From: the human T2T-CHM13v2.0 reference genome, Homo sapiens
DNA: 64,000 nt
Assembly (NCBI RefSeq): GCF_009914755.1
Contig: NC_060928.1
Direction: 5' to 3' (one strand)
The notes beneath the pieces were generated by a model that did no database searches, was not told where the DNA came from, and worked only from the letters and a program-made list of their open reading frames with translations. Shown in pieces: positions 42,069 through 57,930 of the stretch. The position numbers and the translations under genes are program-made. Each line of letters begins with the position of its first letter. The first letter of the stretch is position 1.

Positions 42069-42801
42069 AGTAGTCCCCTCGTTATCTGCGGGTGATACGT
42101 TCCAAGACCCTCAGTAGATGCCTGAAACCACAAATAGTACTGAAGCCAGTTGCTATCAATCAGAACATGTTTCTGTTCATGTCTTTCAACCCACACACTG
42201 AATCCCTCTTCATCCCAAGTAAGCCCTTAGCATGCATGGTGGCTGTAACTTTTGCAGTTTGAGGTATGACAGCAAAACTAGTATGAATTTCTTTTTCCCT
42301 TGTTCACAACTTTGCAGAGATAGGAGATTCATTTTTGCGGTAGATCTTAGCATCCTCAGTGTACAATTTTTCTCTCTTTCCTTATTAAGTTAAGAACTTT
42401 TACCTTTTCACTTAAAGGAAGCACTTGACAGTTTCTCTTGGGCTTGTCCAAATTACCAACATCACTACTCTTGCACTTTGGGGCCATTATTAAGTAAAAT
42501 AAGGTTTCCTTGAACAGGATGACTGTGATACCACGACAACAGATTTGATAACTGAGATGGCTCATAAGTGACTGATGGGCAGGAGGCTTCTTCAGCCAGA
42601 TACCCTGGATAGAGATAATTTACGTGCTGGGTGTGATGGAGCAGAATGGAACAAGATTTCACCAAGCTACTCAGAACTCATGCAATTCAAGACTTACAAA
42701 TTGTTTATTTCTGGAATTTTCCATTTAATATGTTTTGGCCGCTGTTAACAGTGGGGAACTGAAACCACAGAAAACAAAACTGCCGATAAAGGGGGACTAC
42801 T
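42069..42801 (+). mobile_element. MER44 (Tigger7-derived) element, ~730 bp
   Basis: TIRs agtagtcccctcgttatc ... gataaagggggactact; gttccaagaccctcagtagatgcctgaaacc. Confidence 0.8.
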
Positions 42802-43193
42802 TTACTTGGGAAATTACTGAATTAATATCTTTCTCCTCCTCCTCTCATACATAAACTCTGTGGAAATAGGAATAGTTTGTTGTTGTTGTTGTTGTTGTTT
42901 ACCATTATACTTCTAGCATTGGTAGAGGTCCCCATTCATAGTTGGGACTCAAAATATATGGTGATGTTAAAAATCTGATTTGCTGTTTTAATTATTTGAA
43001 AAAGCTATAGGCAGATCATTCTGTAAGTATCAGGGAAGAGCTTTGTAGAATAGTTCTAAAACTATTTCAGTAAGTATGGTAACAAATTTAAACACAAAGA
43101 TAACAAGATACTAGGAAGGAAGTAGAAATGAAGGCAATAGGAAGGGCCCCTTTGTGTTAAACAAGGAAGGAGCATTAAAAACAGTTAGGTTCA

Positions 43194-43517
<324 letters not shown>

Positions 43518-44074
43518 TTAGGTTCATAGATCTAAAATGAAGCAGAAGGTAAGGCCAAACTCCAGGTATTATTTCTCATAAAAACCATCAAAGTGCATTG
43601 AGGTTTCTTCCTCAGTGCAATAATACTCACAATATCAGTACCACAGGGGGCTCTGAACATATGCTGGCACTTTATTTTTACCGCTGAATGAAGTAATGTT
43701 ATTTTGTACAGCTAAGTGTGATACTCCCTCTGGTAACTTGCTGTCTGCATGATCCATATCTTCAGAAGCATTTTCCTTTTTATTGAAAAAAAGGGATTTT
43801 TTTAGAGCCACAGTTAACCTTACACATCTCTAATTCCAGAGCCTCAGTTTACTGATGAAGAACTGAGGCTGAGAACAATAAAATAGTTCTGCAACCAGTC
43901 AACTCTCGTATATTGCATACAACCGTAGAAGGCCATCCTAGACAATAATACAACTAACCAAATGTCATTTTCCCCAATAAGAACAGTTACTTCCTGAGGT
44001 CTCTTTATGCTGATTCACTCTTCACTCCAGAGTATTATCAACTCTGATGATCCAGCTTTTTACTGTTCCACCTA

Positions 44075-44205
44075 GAAGGTGACCCATAACATTTATCATC
44101 CAAATCAGGGTAGTTATGTGAGTGCCCAGGCACACTATTGACAATTACGTTGGGACAACGGGTATAAACCAGGACGGTTGTACAAGCAAGAATGAATGGG
44201 CACAT
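44075..44205 (+). mobile_element. MER94-like hAT MITE
   Basis: ggtgacccataacatttatcatccaaatcaggg...aattacgttgggacaacgggtataaaccaggac. Confidence 0.55.
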
Positions 44206-44456
44206 TACCACTCCATGAAATTTTTCAGAAGAAACACATTCACAGATATTCAGTAAGTAGCATTTTATCTCCCCTTCAAGAGTGAGTCTGAAAAATCATT
44301 CCCATTTAGAAGAGTGGGTATCACTTTTGGCATGCTCTTTCACAAGTTGTAATAGTGTTACTGTAGAACTTGGTCATTTCTTGTCCTGTTGTGTCCCATA
44401 TATAACCGACAGACAAAATCAGGAAGAGGTGATCTAAGAAACAGATAAAACTCTAT

Positions 44457-44755
<299 letters not shown>

Positions 44756-46695
44756 ACCTCTATGTCAAAAAGATTCCTCTGTTTACAACATGTAGCACTT
44801 TTTCTTAAGAAAGTTCTGGCATTCGCAGATATTGGTTACCAGCAATATTTATTACCAGTTACAGTAGATCATTTACTAACCTCTCTTATCCTGAAGAGGT
44901 AACCATAGACCCCTTGATGGACCACTCTTTGTTTTCTCGCCAAAACATACACAACCAACATATATACGTACACTCAGAATGCTTCAACCTCTTATCAACA
45001 AGAGATGAAAACTAGAATCATAAGGAAAATTAATTTGCTCATCTGATCAAAAGTGAAATCACAAATGCCAGGCAATGACTGTGTTCCACACTATTGGGAA
45101 ATTTTAAGGGCCCATGGCTGAAAATAAATAAATAGGATTTCCTGGGATTTAGAGGAATGGGTTGAAGCCAGATCATGGAGTCAAGGCTTGCCTAGGCTCC
45201 TATCTCTTGAGAGGCTCATAGACACCAACATTTAACCTATATTCAACCACATTGCCCCAAACCACTCCAATGGATTGACTTATCTTTCTTGATGTCAGTT
45301 TAAACGTATTAAGACCTGCTTATAGGGTAATCATTTACAACACTAACTCTGTATAGTCGAATAAAGAATATTTCCAGTTTTCCTTTCTGTCACCTCACAC
45401 TTTATCATCTCTGAAAGGGAGGCAGCCATTGATAATATTATCTCAGGACCTGAGCCATCACAAAAGCAAACTCAATTCCCCTATTTTTTATTATTTTTCC
45501 ACTAACTCAGTACTAGCTCTGACTACACTTAAAATAAAAACCAAGTAAAAATGGCATCATGTCCTCACAATACTATGAGGTTTGGGGGAACTTTTCAATA
45601 TTGGTAACTAAAAATACATTAGCTGACTAATGTTAGTCATTTTATCTCTATTCTTCCTGGAAAACCAGTGCAGCTTTTAGCTGTCTAATTTCCTCTTACT
45701 GGTTGAGAAGTAGACATGCAGGCCAGTATTCATCTAAGGAGCTTGCTAAGTTTCCCTTCTTATATTGAGCTCCTGAATCTCGCCACTGTTGCACTCTTTT
45801 GAAAGCGGTCCTTCCCTCAAGTATAGCAGAATCCAATATAATTAAGGAAAATTAAAGAAACAGTCCAATGAAAACATTCATGTTAATATTTAGTCAGGGA
45901 AAATTCACAGTAATGTTTAAAGAGAATAGCATAAGCTATGTTATTACTAATCATGAGTGAGTAATTAAGCAAAAAATTACACTAATCTCTAAAGGCTAGA
46001 ATGAAATCTGAGTTGATTACAGGTCAACAAGATAGAGCTCTTGCCTTAAAAAGCATGATTCCTCCTTTTAATGACTATTATTTGAGTATGTCAGCATACC
46101 ACACTCTGGAAAAAACACAAAAGCAAATGTGGCAAGAATTCTACTCTTAGTGATTTTACAGTCGAGAAAAGAGAGTCAGATAAACACCAGTAATATAAAA
46201 TGCACACATAACAGTGCAACCCTAAAACCTTACCTTATATGCTTGTAATGAATATTAAGTGACTGCATATTTATACAGTGTTTAAAACTGTTTAGCATAC
46301 AGTAGTAAGCATGATATAAATGCTCATTAAGTACATAAACAAATATATACCATGTATATGTCATAAGATAGGCATAGTCAAACACAATATAAAATTAGAG
46401 ATAGAGAAGAAATAGTTGAAAAGATCTGGCATGATTCCATAAAGAAGGGAACATATAATGGATGAGAAAAGTGACAACAGAATTGTGAAAGGTTGTTATT
46501 AAAGCAAAAGGAGAAACCATTAGCCCTGGCATGGAGTTGAAATAAATTCAGGAAATAGTAAACAGACCCAGGTGATATGAATGTCGGGTGGAAGATTGGT
46601 CTTTAAAGCAAGTTAGGCAGTAATTGGATGCAGAAAATGTTTTTGTAATATTTGTTAGCATTATAATGTTCGGTGATAATAAAGAAAATCAAATC

Positions 46696-46981
<286 letters not shown>

Positions 46982-48734
46982 AAAAATCAAATCATTTTTG
47001 ACGTTGTCAACCTATCTTACTAAGGTCAGGTGTATAGCTATGTAATGGTCACAAAGAAGTACCATATACAATCTCAGTAATGATTATTGCTATTTTGCTA
47101 CTCTTGGAGAGGTAAGGAATACTTGACATTGATGTAGTTTTTTATGTTCAAGTTGGCATGCTTAATCTTAAAGCTGTTGATTAGAGATTTAACAATCTGG
47201 TTAGCTAACAGTTTCTTGGAACTTTGTCCTTGTTCACTCCTTTACATTATCAAGTCTGTGGAGTAATTCCTTTTAGACAAGGGTCAACTCTCAGTTTTAT
47301 TTTTTTAGAGATGAAATTCTCTGTCTCTGTTCTTTCCCTAGCTCAAGACTTTCTCTGCTGGTAGATTAAGAACTGATTAGGAGCAGAGTCCATTACATTC
47401 ATCCTTGTAGCTCCAGCCTCTAGCACAACATCACGTAGTAAATCCTTATGGACTGTGACTTAGATTGGATGAATTGGGTTGGATTGTATCAGAGTAAATA
47501 AAGAATAAAACATTTCCCTTTATTATAATTTTAAAACAGTTTCTTATTTAGGCATAAAGTGAAAAGTACATAAAATGACATTTATTATGTATCTCAAATG
47601 GTCCTTCTTTACTATCAGTTTTTACAAACTGTCTTGGATAGATACTACTATAAACAGCCTATATCTCCATCAGATAGATTTGGTTAGAAACTGAAAGTGA
47701 TTTCATCATAGTAGGCTGATAAAATATGATGAATGCATTTCATCAAGGTATCCAACTTAGAGTAATACTATTTGAAATCACAAGCCTTTAAATAAAACCT
47801 GTTTAAAAATAGTTCATCATGCATATGTTGCTAAAAATCTTTTGTATCCCAGAAAACTTATAGAAGCAATATATGAGACTTACTGTGCAATTAGTTCTTT
47901 TTAAGAGACAGATAAAAACTAATATCATACACCAGATTGATGTAATAACTAGATGAATACATTTATTAATTTGCATCACGGGAAAAGACTCTTGAAGTCT
48001 AAATAATATGCCACATTTAGTTGTCAAGCAATGATTTCTACCAACTAGCAGTGTATTATTTTAAAAGGATCATCTTGTAACAAAGGGGTGCTGTTACAAG
48101 GTGCACAAGCCTGAAATTTTAACCGATGCTGTTACAAATGACAGTTTTAGTAGTTTCCTGGAAATGAACAGCTGCCTATAGATGTGTCACTTTATTTGTC
48201 CATTTATTGCATATAAAACAATTCAAAAGTAGGAGTAAAGTAGAAAAGGTAAAAATAACTTAAAATGTATTATGTAAGTTAATATATATTATGTATATGA
48301 ATACCTTTCCAGTCACCTTAATACTTTATGCCACAATTGGGAAAGTCTTCTAAATGAAAATTACATTTGGTCTAATGTATGTGAAATAATAACCATGTTA
48401 TTTTTATCAGAAGAAATTTTCTAAAGAAATTATCAGTCATGTGATTCAACAAAGAGTACCTAGAATCTGCGTGGTTATGCCTTCAGCTCTCATTTGTTGA
48501 TAGAAGTTCTATTTCATGAGTTAGCTGACTTTCATGGAAAAAATATATGTTCCCTGTCTCTGTATTGAGTCTCCTTTTACTTTTTTCTTTATATGTCAGA
48601 GGATGTGGCTCTAAGAAGTTTTCTGTTGAGCTGCGGCAATGATCCACAAGAAGGAAACCAAGTGTTTTTCTTATAGACTTTTAAGACCAGAGACTATGAA
48701 GATTTGAGAATATTTTTTTCAAACATAAAACTAT

Positions 48735-48960
48735 AGAATAAGCCAGGCATAAAAGGGTACATATGGAATGATTTCATTTATGTCAAGCTCAAAAACAGTC
48801 ACAGCTAGCCTATGGTCTTGTCATGATAGTGATCCTCTTTGCAGGGACCGGGGGGAAGGCTTCTGGGGTGCTGGTACATGGTGTGTTTCTAGATGTGGGT
48901 GCTGGTGACCTGAGTGGGTTCAGTTTGTGAATAATCATTACCAATTTATTCATCCTTTGG
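48735..48960 (+). mobile_element. Old L1M 3' fragment
   Basis: aataagccaggcataaaagggtacatatggaatgatttcatttatg...ggcttctggggtgctggt. Confidence 0.55.
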
Positions 48961-49307
48961 GTCTATGCTATATATCAAGAAAAAAAATCCAAAATAAACA
49001 ACGCCATTGAAAAGCATTCAGATTTCCTTTTCCTAATTCCCATAGTATATTCTGAGGGTGCTCATATTAGTCACAGATCACAATAGTCCTGTTGTCCAAA
49101 ATCACAACACTACTTAGCAGCAGACTCAGAATTGGATAATGGACCACCTGGTTCCATGCCTTGTGGCTTTTGTTTTGGGTTTTTTGCTTTGTTTTGTTTT
49201 AAATCACAAGCTGCCCTAACCTCTAAGACCCATGACAATGACACAGTCTGCTGGCAGGAAGCCTGTTGACCTTTTTCTATGAGCTAACACTGTTTGCCCT
49301 GTTGCAG

Positions 49308-49401
49308 GTGAGTTGTGTGAGGAGAAGCTGGACTTCTGTGCCCAGGACCTGAACCCCTGCCAGCACGATTCAAAGTGCATCCTAACTCCAAAGGGATTCA
49401 A
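49308..49401 (+). CDS. SLIT2: SLIT2 coding exon (~30), EGF3 end and EGF4
   Basis: gttgcag|GT GAG ... TTC AA|gtaag; 94 nt; [32 protein letters not shown]. Confidence 0.97.
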
Positions 49402-49543
49402 GTAAGTCAAAAGCTACCTTTTTGCTCACAGTCAGGGTAGGGGACCCATTATTTTAGGAGCCCTTCTCCTCCTTCATCCTTAGCTTCACACCTCTGCTCA
49501 GGATTAAAGGGACCTATTCACTAGTATCAGTGACATTTTTTAA

Positions 49544-49868
<325 letters not shown>

Positions 49869-52800
49869 CCAGACTTTTTGTTTAGTACACTAAAGAAAAA
49901 TGAAAAAGTGTTTCCTTTTCATCCATGATTTTTTTTGTGAAGTCACCTAAGGCAATGAGCAGCCTTTGAAAATGCTTACTTAAATTTATTTGAAGGCCCA
50001 ACCGGTGACATTTGTAATGTCTTCTATGTGCTTCATTGTCTGAAGGTAAGTCTGTGGTAAAATAGAGAATTTGACTTTAATGTAATTGAAGATGTTACGG
50101 TCTGAAACAATGATTGGACTATCCAAGGTGAGAAAGATAGAGTGACCATATATCTCAGGCTGCCCCAGGGAGTCCCAGGCTATGCCTGTGATGATCACTG
50201 TAGTTATTGATAGTGTCTCTTCCAACTTAAATATTTTTTGCATGGGGTGACAAAGCATTATAATCCCGCTAAGTGTACTCCCTTAAGTGAACACAGAACT
50301 TCAAAAAACACTTCCTTTTTCCTCCCCAGCAATATTCCTGAAATATGTTTGCTATGAAATTACGTGATTTCTTTGCCACCATCCTGTAATATTTTAAGGG
50401 TCTTTCAACAGCAACTTCTCTTTTTAGAGCTGGCAGTAGTTTAGAGATCATCTAGTCTTCATTTAAACATGAGGAAACCATGGCCCGGAGAGGTTAGTTG
50501 ACTGTCCAGAGATCTTAAGGTTATTTATTGGCAGAGCTAGAGCTAGGATTTATACTTACCAGTTGGGTGATTTTTCTACTATGTGTTACCTATAAGAAAT
50601 TTTATAGTTTATTAACATTACAGTTGGTATTGTATAGCAAATAGGCTGGATTCTTAGGAATTACACAGTCGGGTACAGGGGTTGAGCTGTGCTTTCATCA
50701 GACAGCTAGCAAATAGCATTATCTGTTCCTTCAAGCAATATTTATTGAGTGCCTGCCATGGCCACAGCACATGGTAATAATACCATCTTATGATTTTGTA
50801 GTCCTTTATAGCTATTCACCTTCACTTAATTCATCTTCTTAGAGAAATGACCCAAGCTCAATTGCCATAGAATTCAGGGAATTAACAATTACACAGGTCG
50901 GGATGAATTTTATAAGAGAAGATGGAATTTGAGCTGGATTGCTAAGATATTTGTACTTACCGAACAGATCATCAGATATTTTAAGTCGGGTGGGAGAGTG
51001 GGGTCAGAATCGCCAGATCCCCACTGCTTTTCAAATATCAATCTAAATTAAATATTTATTCTCAAGCTTTCTTTTGACAATGTGCTTTTGCTTTAATTTG
51101 GTTTAAAATCCAAAAATGTAGAATATGTAGGTACAGTTGTAGCACCTGCTAATTCCCTACAATGTCTTTTTGAAAAAGGAAAGAATAAATTTGATTCTAT
51201 TTTGCATTATATTTTAGTTTACAACCCTAGGCAAAAACCCAGTGTTATTCCATTTTCACTTTATACAAAACTTTACATTATATTTTATTCAACCAAACAC
51301 TGTAGGTAAGTTGTTTTTAGTCTTCATATCAATGATGCGCTCACAATTTAATTTGGCAAATTGAAAACACATCACTTACATAATAAATATCATTTCTTAG
51401 AGAAATTAGCTAGTAAGGAAAGTTTTCCAGAACTGCTCATCTGCTGAACAGATGTCACAGTACTTTGTGTATTGTAAGTATAAGATAAAGTATTAGTAAG
51501 ACTTAACTGAAACTATTAGAAAGTGAGTTTGTCTGCAAAAAGACTAATCCTTAATTAAATATCTCCTCTCGCCATCAAATAAATTAGACACTCTTAAAAG
51601 TGCATTTTGCTGCATTATGGACTAACTCATTTGGAAACCCACTGTTTTCCATTATAGTTTGTAAGCTCGTTTCATAGCTGTATGTAGGTAGTTTAGCAGA
51701 AAACGGTTAGGTCAGTGTGTGTGCTGTTACTCCCGACATTGTGGGAAAGGTAGCTGTGGAAAGAAAATAGACGTAAAAATCAAATTATGTGAAGCTGCTA
51801 AAGAAAATCTCTACTGACAAATGTTGTTTAGACAAGTTATGCTATGCTACTTCAACTTCATTTTCTTATTACTAAGCTAACAGAGCTGGTTTTACTTTTA
51901 TTGCTTTATTATATACCTCATAAATCTCCCAAATTGCTTTGAGATATTTTTAGACTATGATATGCCATAAGCAGTATTTTCAAACCTGCATCTTACATAG
52001 CCAGCTTTGGGCTTCTAAACAGTGTATTTTATATTCTTTGCTTCTTCCTCTCTCCTTGTCAGATAATAGAGTTGAAGGAATGTGATAGGTTTTATTGATA
52101 ATACAAACTCAGGAATTCTTATTTAAATTTTTCTTTCTGTTTTGAAACTCAGTCTGAGGAGCAAAAGAAAGACAAAAATGTTGGACATAATGTAACTCCA
52201 AGCTCTAATGGTCTTGAAAAATAGTATTTGGAGAGAAGGGAATATAAAATAGCTCTTAGACAGCCGCTATGGTGGATGTGTTGTTCTCTTATCTTTCACT
52301 TTGATTTCTTTTTTCAGATAAATAATTCAGAGTGTTTCAAAGCATTTCTTCTTTTTTTTAATGCTTGGCACTTCAACAGCTCTGCTCACATTAACATTGA
52401 TGGAAGTTCTCTTCTCGGGCCTTGTCCATCTCTTTGAGAATGTATATGGCCACTTAGAGTCTATTTAACTTCAGACTTGTTGTTTACTTTGCTTTGCTAT
52501 GATTTAGCATTAAAACCAACTGGCTGCAAAGCAAGCATGCTTATGCAGTGAGCTCATTTTATTTCTTAATTCATACATGCAGAGCTGAAAGTCTGTTTGC
52601 TACTCTTAGAGGCTATATACTCCCATTTGTTTTAATTCTTCCGCTCTCCAGCAACTCTCAAATCCTGATTTAGCATTTTCAGACAAAACCTTAGGCATTC
52701 AGTAATGCCACATTCACTTGGGTGTTTTTAATTATCCTTACTTCAAATCCTAATAGCTTTGAAATAGAAAAGTGGATAATTAATACAGACTAAACCATAA

Positions 52801-53009
52801 AAGCTTTTATAGAATTATAAAGACTATATAGAGAATTATTTTAAAAACCAGCCATTTATAGAACGTGCATTATATATAAAAACTATACTAATTAATTTAC
52901 AGATGGATGCGTTTAATCTTTAAATAAACCTGTGAGGTGGAATTATATACGTGTTAAAGATGAGGAAAATAACACTTACAGAGATTAAGTAATTTAGTCA
53001 GTATTATAT

Positions 53010-53460
53010 ATACTTTATGCTAAGTGAAATAGGCCAGACATAGTAAGACAAATACCGGATGATCTCACCTATATGTGGAATTTTAAAAAGTCAAACTTAT
53101 AGAAAAAGAGAGTACAAGAGTGGTTACCAGGAATTGGGGTGGGGAAAATGGGAAGATGTTGGTCAGTGGCACAAATTTTCAGTTACAAGATGAATAATAA
53201 GTTCTAGAGATCTAATATCACAGCATGGTCACTATAGTTCATACTGTATTATATACTTGAAATTTGCTCAGAGAGCAGATCTGAAATATTTTCACCACAA
53301 AAGGAAAAGGGTAACTATGGGAGGTGATGGATATGTTAATTAGCTTGACTGTGGTAATTATTTCACAATGTATGTATGTATAAAACATTACCATGTACAT
53401 CTTTAAAATATAAAGATTTTATTTTTCAATTATACCTCAGTAAATCTAGAATAAAATAAA
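53010..53460 (+). mobile_element. L1MA/MB 3' end fragment
   Basis: tatgctaagtgaaataggccagaca...ggtaactatgggaggtgatggatatgttaattagcttgactgtggtaattatttcacaatg. Confidence 0.8.
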
Positions 53461-53520
53461 GTTGATAACATACAATTAAGAATGAAGCCGGGGTACAAAC
53501 ACAGTTCTGTAAAACCTGAA

Positions 53521-54078
53521 TTCTGCAAAGCCTGAATTCTGCAGAGCTAAGTTATAGTTTTCTCATATATACACACATATATATACACATATATACATAC
53601 ACTGCTACATACACAATACATATGTGTGTATGTATATGTATATACACATGTACATACATATACACACACATACATATGTATGTGTGTATATATGTGTATA
53701 TATGTACATATGTACATATTCTGCAAAGCCTGAATTCTGCAGAGCTAAGTTATACTTTTCTCATATATACACATATATATACACATGTGCATATATATAC
53801 ATATATACACACATACATATGTATGTGTGTATATATGTATGTACATGTGTGTATATACATATGTATGTATGTGTGTATATATGTATATGTATGTACATGT
53901 GTATATACATATACATATACATACACACATATGTATGTGTGTATGTATATGTGTGTATATATATATATGTGTGTGTATATATGAGAAAACTATGACCTAG
54001 CTCTGCAGAATTCAGGCTTTGCAGTTATGTGTATATGTATGTATATATGTATGTGTATGTGTGTGTATATATATATAT
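53521..54078. repeat. Compound (TA/CA/TG)n array with three copies of a ~45-bp unique unit, two direct and one inverted
   Basis: ctgcaaagcctgaattctgcagagctaagttata(g/c)ttttctcat at 53523 and 53721; reverse complement ending at 54024. Confidence 0.92.
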
Positions 54079-54407
54079 AAAGTCAGTGAACCCTCTCTTA
54101 AACTCAAATCAAAAACACTCTTGGAAGCCAATGTGTAAGCCTAATAAATCACAACAGGAGAGTGTTGAGGAAAAGGTGGAGGGTAGAGGGAGGCTTCCAG
54201 AAGACCCCTCCTCATAGATGGCCATACCTGTAGGGATTCTATGGTCCCCTATAGGTCCACAGTGCAGTTTGAAAACTGCTGCACGTGCCACACTGCCTTT
54301 CTTCATGCAGCTATAAAATCCTGCATCCTTGGTATCATAACTAGAGATCCCAGTGGTCAGCACTAGAGAAGTACAGGTTTAAAGGGAGCCTGTGGAATTA
54401 ATTATTC

Positions 54408-54665
54408 AACAGCATAGTGCAGTGGTTAGAAATACAAGCTTTCTTGTTAGATTGCTTGAGTTTGATTCCTGGCTGTGGCACTTAGAAGTTGAGTGTTTGG
54501 GGGCAAAGTACTTCACCTCTTTGTTCCTTAGTCTCCTCACCTGTAGAGTGGGCAAAGTAATACCACGAATATCACAGGACTGTGGAGAGGATTCAGTGAA
54601 TCCATAGAAGCCACATGGTTAGAGCAGGGCCAGAGGAAGTGCTCAGTGAATGTCAGCTGTATTAT
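54408..54665 (+). mobile_element. MIR
   Basis: agcatagtgcagtggttaga...gggcaaagtacttcacctctttgttccttagtctcctcacctgtaga. Confidence 0.7.
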
Positions 54666-55363
54666 TACTCCTGGTTCCTCACCATCAATGCAGCCAAGAC
54701 CCTTTACCACCATGGTGAACAGGCTGAAAACTGTCCGTGGGATTGGCCCCGTGAATTTTCTATCAGTTCTTCTATCCTAACCCATTATGTCAGTCCCGTT
54801 CTTCTATAATGAGTATCTGGATTCATTGTGAATTAGGGTATTTAATATTAATATATTTGCTTTTCTTAAAATAATACCTTGTTCTGATGTATCTAGTCTC
54901 TATTGTAAAATTAAAAATGTTAATCTTTTTTTAAATATGTTTAATATTTCCAGTAAATTTTACAACATAGCACTTTTATAATCTCAATGATCAAATGGAT
55001 TAGGCCAAACTGAAAATATAGGGCACTGTAAGCAAACAAAATGGGGAAAAAGAAAGGAAGGAAGAGGGAGGAGAGTGGGTGGGAGGGAGTGACCCTGCTA
55101 CAATTACCCTGTTCTTATTTGGGCTGTGGATGTTCACTATCATCAAGGAGATAAAATCACTATTTCTCTGGTAGATCACAGTGATAGAACATGGAACATA
55201 CTGCAGAACAGTTCGATTTTCTAGGTATCCATTAATGTGGGGGCTCTATGAGCCTATTCTAAATAAGTATTTTAAAGATGGTGCCATTGTGTCTAGATAA
55301 AATGCATTGTTTACTTATTTTGGCTCAGTTGGGTTTGAAACCATTACCTGCTTGTTCCAACAG

Positions 55364-55501
55364 ATGTGACTGCACACCAGGGTACGTAGGTGAACACTGC
55401 GACATCGATTTTGACGACTGCCAAGACAACAAGTGTAAAAACGGAGCCCACTGCACAGATGCAGTGAACGGCTATACGTGCATATGCCCCGAAGGTTACA
55501 G
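55364..55501 (+). CDS. SLIT2: SLIT2 coding exon (~31), EGF4 end and EGF5
   Basis: aacag|A TGT ... TAC AG|gtaaa; 138 nt; [46 protein letters not shown]. Confidence 0.97.
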
Positions 55502-55509
55502 GTAAAAGC

Positions 55510-55965
55510 AGAAATGAATAAGACCTAGTGTTCAATAAGACCTAGCACAACAGGGTGACTATAGTCAGTAATAGTGTAATCGTACATTTTAAAATAACTA
55601 AAAGAGTATAACTGGATTGTTTGTAACACAAGGATAAATACTTGAGGGGATGGATACCCCATTTAACATGATGTGATTATTATGCATTACATGCCTGTAT
55701 CAAAATACCTCATTTACCCCATAAATATATACACTTACTAGGTACCCACAAAAATTAAAATAAAAAAATTTTAAGACAAAAAACGTAGAACTTACAGAAG
55801 CAAAGAGTAGAATGAGGGTTACCAAAGAGGAGGACAGAGGGATGGTGTTTGGGGAGATGTTGGTCAAAGGGTACAAAATGTCATTTAGACAGGATGAGTA
55901 AGTTTGGAATATCTGTTGTACAGCACAGTGATGATTTTGTTTAATAGTTAAGAATACTTGAAAAC
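55510..55965 (+). mobile_element. Two adjacent L1MA 3' fragments filling most of the intron
   Basis: cacaacagggtgactatagtc...gaggggatggataccccattt...ctaggtacccacaaaaattaaaa, then gcaaagagtagaatgagggttacc...gttggtcaaagggtacaaa. Confidence 0.8.
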
Positions 55966-56081
55966 TGGAAAAACAAGGAAGTGCACATATATAATATACA
56001 GTTATGTTATACAGCTCTCAATTCAGATTGGCAATTAAGTAAAATCGTATTAACTAATTTTTTTTTCTCCTTATTCTTCAG

Positions 56082-56322
56082 TGGCTTGTTCTGTGAGTTT
56101 TCTCCACCCATGGTCCTCCCTCGTACCAGCCCCTGTGATAATTTTGATTGTCAGAATGGAGCTCAGTGTATCGTCAGAATAAATGAGCCAATATGTCAGT
56201 GTTTGCCTGGCTATCAGGGAGAAAAGTGTGAAAAATTGGTTAGTGTGAATTTTATAAACAAAGAGTCTTATCTTCAGATTCCTTCAGCCAAGGTTCGGCC
56301 TCAGACGAACATAACACTTCAG
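56082..56322 (+). CDS. SLIT2: SLIT2 coding exon (~32): EGF5/6 linker with the Slit-N/Slit-C cleavage site, EGF6, start of laminin-G
   Basis: ttcag|T GGC ... CTT CAG|gtaag; 241 nt; [29 protein letters not shown]...PQTNITLQ; known Slit cleavage R|TSP corresponds to nt 56124/56125. Confidence 0.97.
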
Positions 56323-56413
56323 GTAAGAGATCTCTCTCTATGGAGAGATGATCGGATCTTAAAATTCAGCTTCAGAGAATAAACATTTGTGGTAGCTTCT
56401 GAATGATTGATAG

Positions 56414-57046
<633 letters not shown>

Positions 57047-57930
57047 TAACTCTTCACCCAGAACTTTGAAGAATTGACATGAAATTAACAAACTCAAATT
57101 TTAAGTCTTTCCACCAACTCACTGTATACCTTTAAGCAAGTCATTCAGATCCCTATGGAAGAAGCTGCACTAGATTAAAGATAATAAATATAGTGTACAT
57201 GGGGCAAATTATGTCTACATATTTGTTTTATCTGATAAGCAAAATCATTTAATATATTTTTAATTCAAATGACTTTAGCCAGTTTCATGTAGACACCACC
57301 CCTTTTTTGGTTTACCCTGATACTCTAGTGAGGGACAGGGGATCCTTTTGAAGTCAGGAAGAAGAGAATCCTGGAAGGCATGATTCTCTACCTTCCAGTG
57401 TTTGTCCCACCAAATTGTTATGAGAACCACACAGTGATGTTGGGGCTTAAGTCTTAACTTAGCTAATTAATCCTTTAAAAGCCAAAATGGGCCAAAGAGC
57501 AGGATAAAAACAAAGATTTCCCCCTACACATGGCATAACTGTGAAGAATTTGTTGTTTTTAAATATGAGATATAAAAATCCATCTTTGACAATGTAGTCA
57601 TTTTTCACAGATGCTATAAATAAAGCTTATAACAGGAGCAAAAGGAGCAGTTTAGCGAAAATCTGCAGCAAAGAAAGTTCTAAGCACATCCAACATGTTT
57701 ACTTGAGGATTTCTTATTGTTCTTTTTAAGTTTCTTTATGGATTTATTTGCAACAAAGCAATTTAAGAACAAGTCACCTTTCAAGGAATAATTTCAGCAT
57801 CGTTTTCTCATAGCCATCAGGAAAACATAAACCATAGTAAAACCTGTTCACCTCACTTAGCAGTCTCTTTCTGATCAAATACGTTTGGTTGCGTACACAT
57901 CCTAGTAATGCCAGGGTTACTTTCTACTAG

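Noticed and set aside
53622-54000. Overlapping Y/I/C/V/H-rich ORFs
   Set aside because: Artefact of the stop-free dinucleotide array.
55066-55087. Four GGG runs, possible G-quadruplex
   Set aside because: The first loop is 8 nt, it lies in a GA-rich low-complexity patch, and there is no other support.
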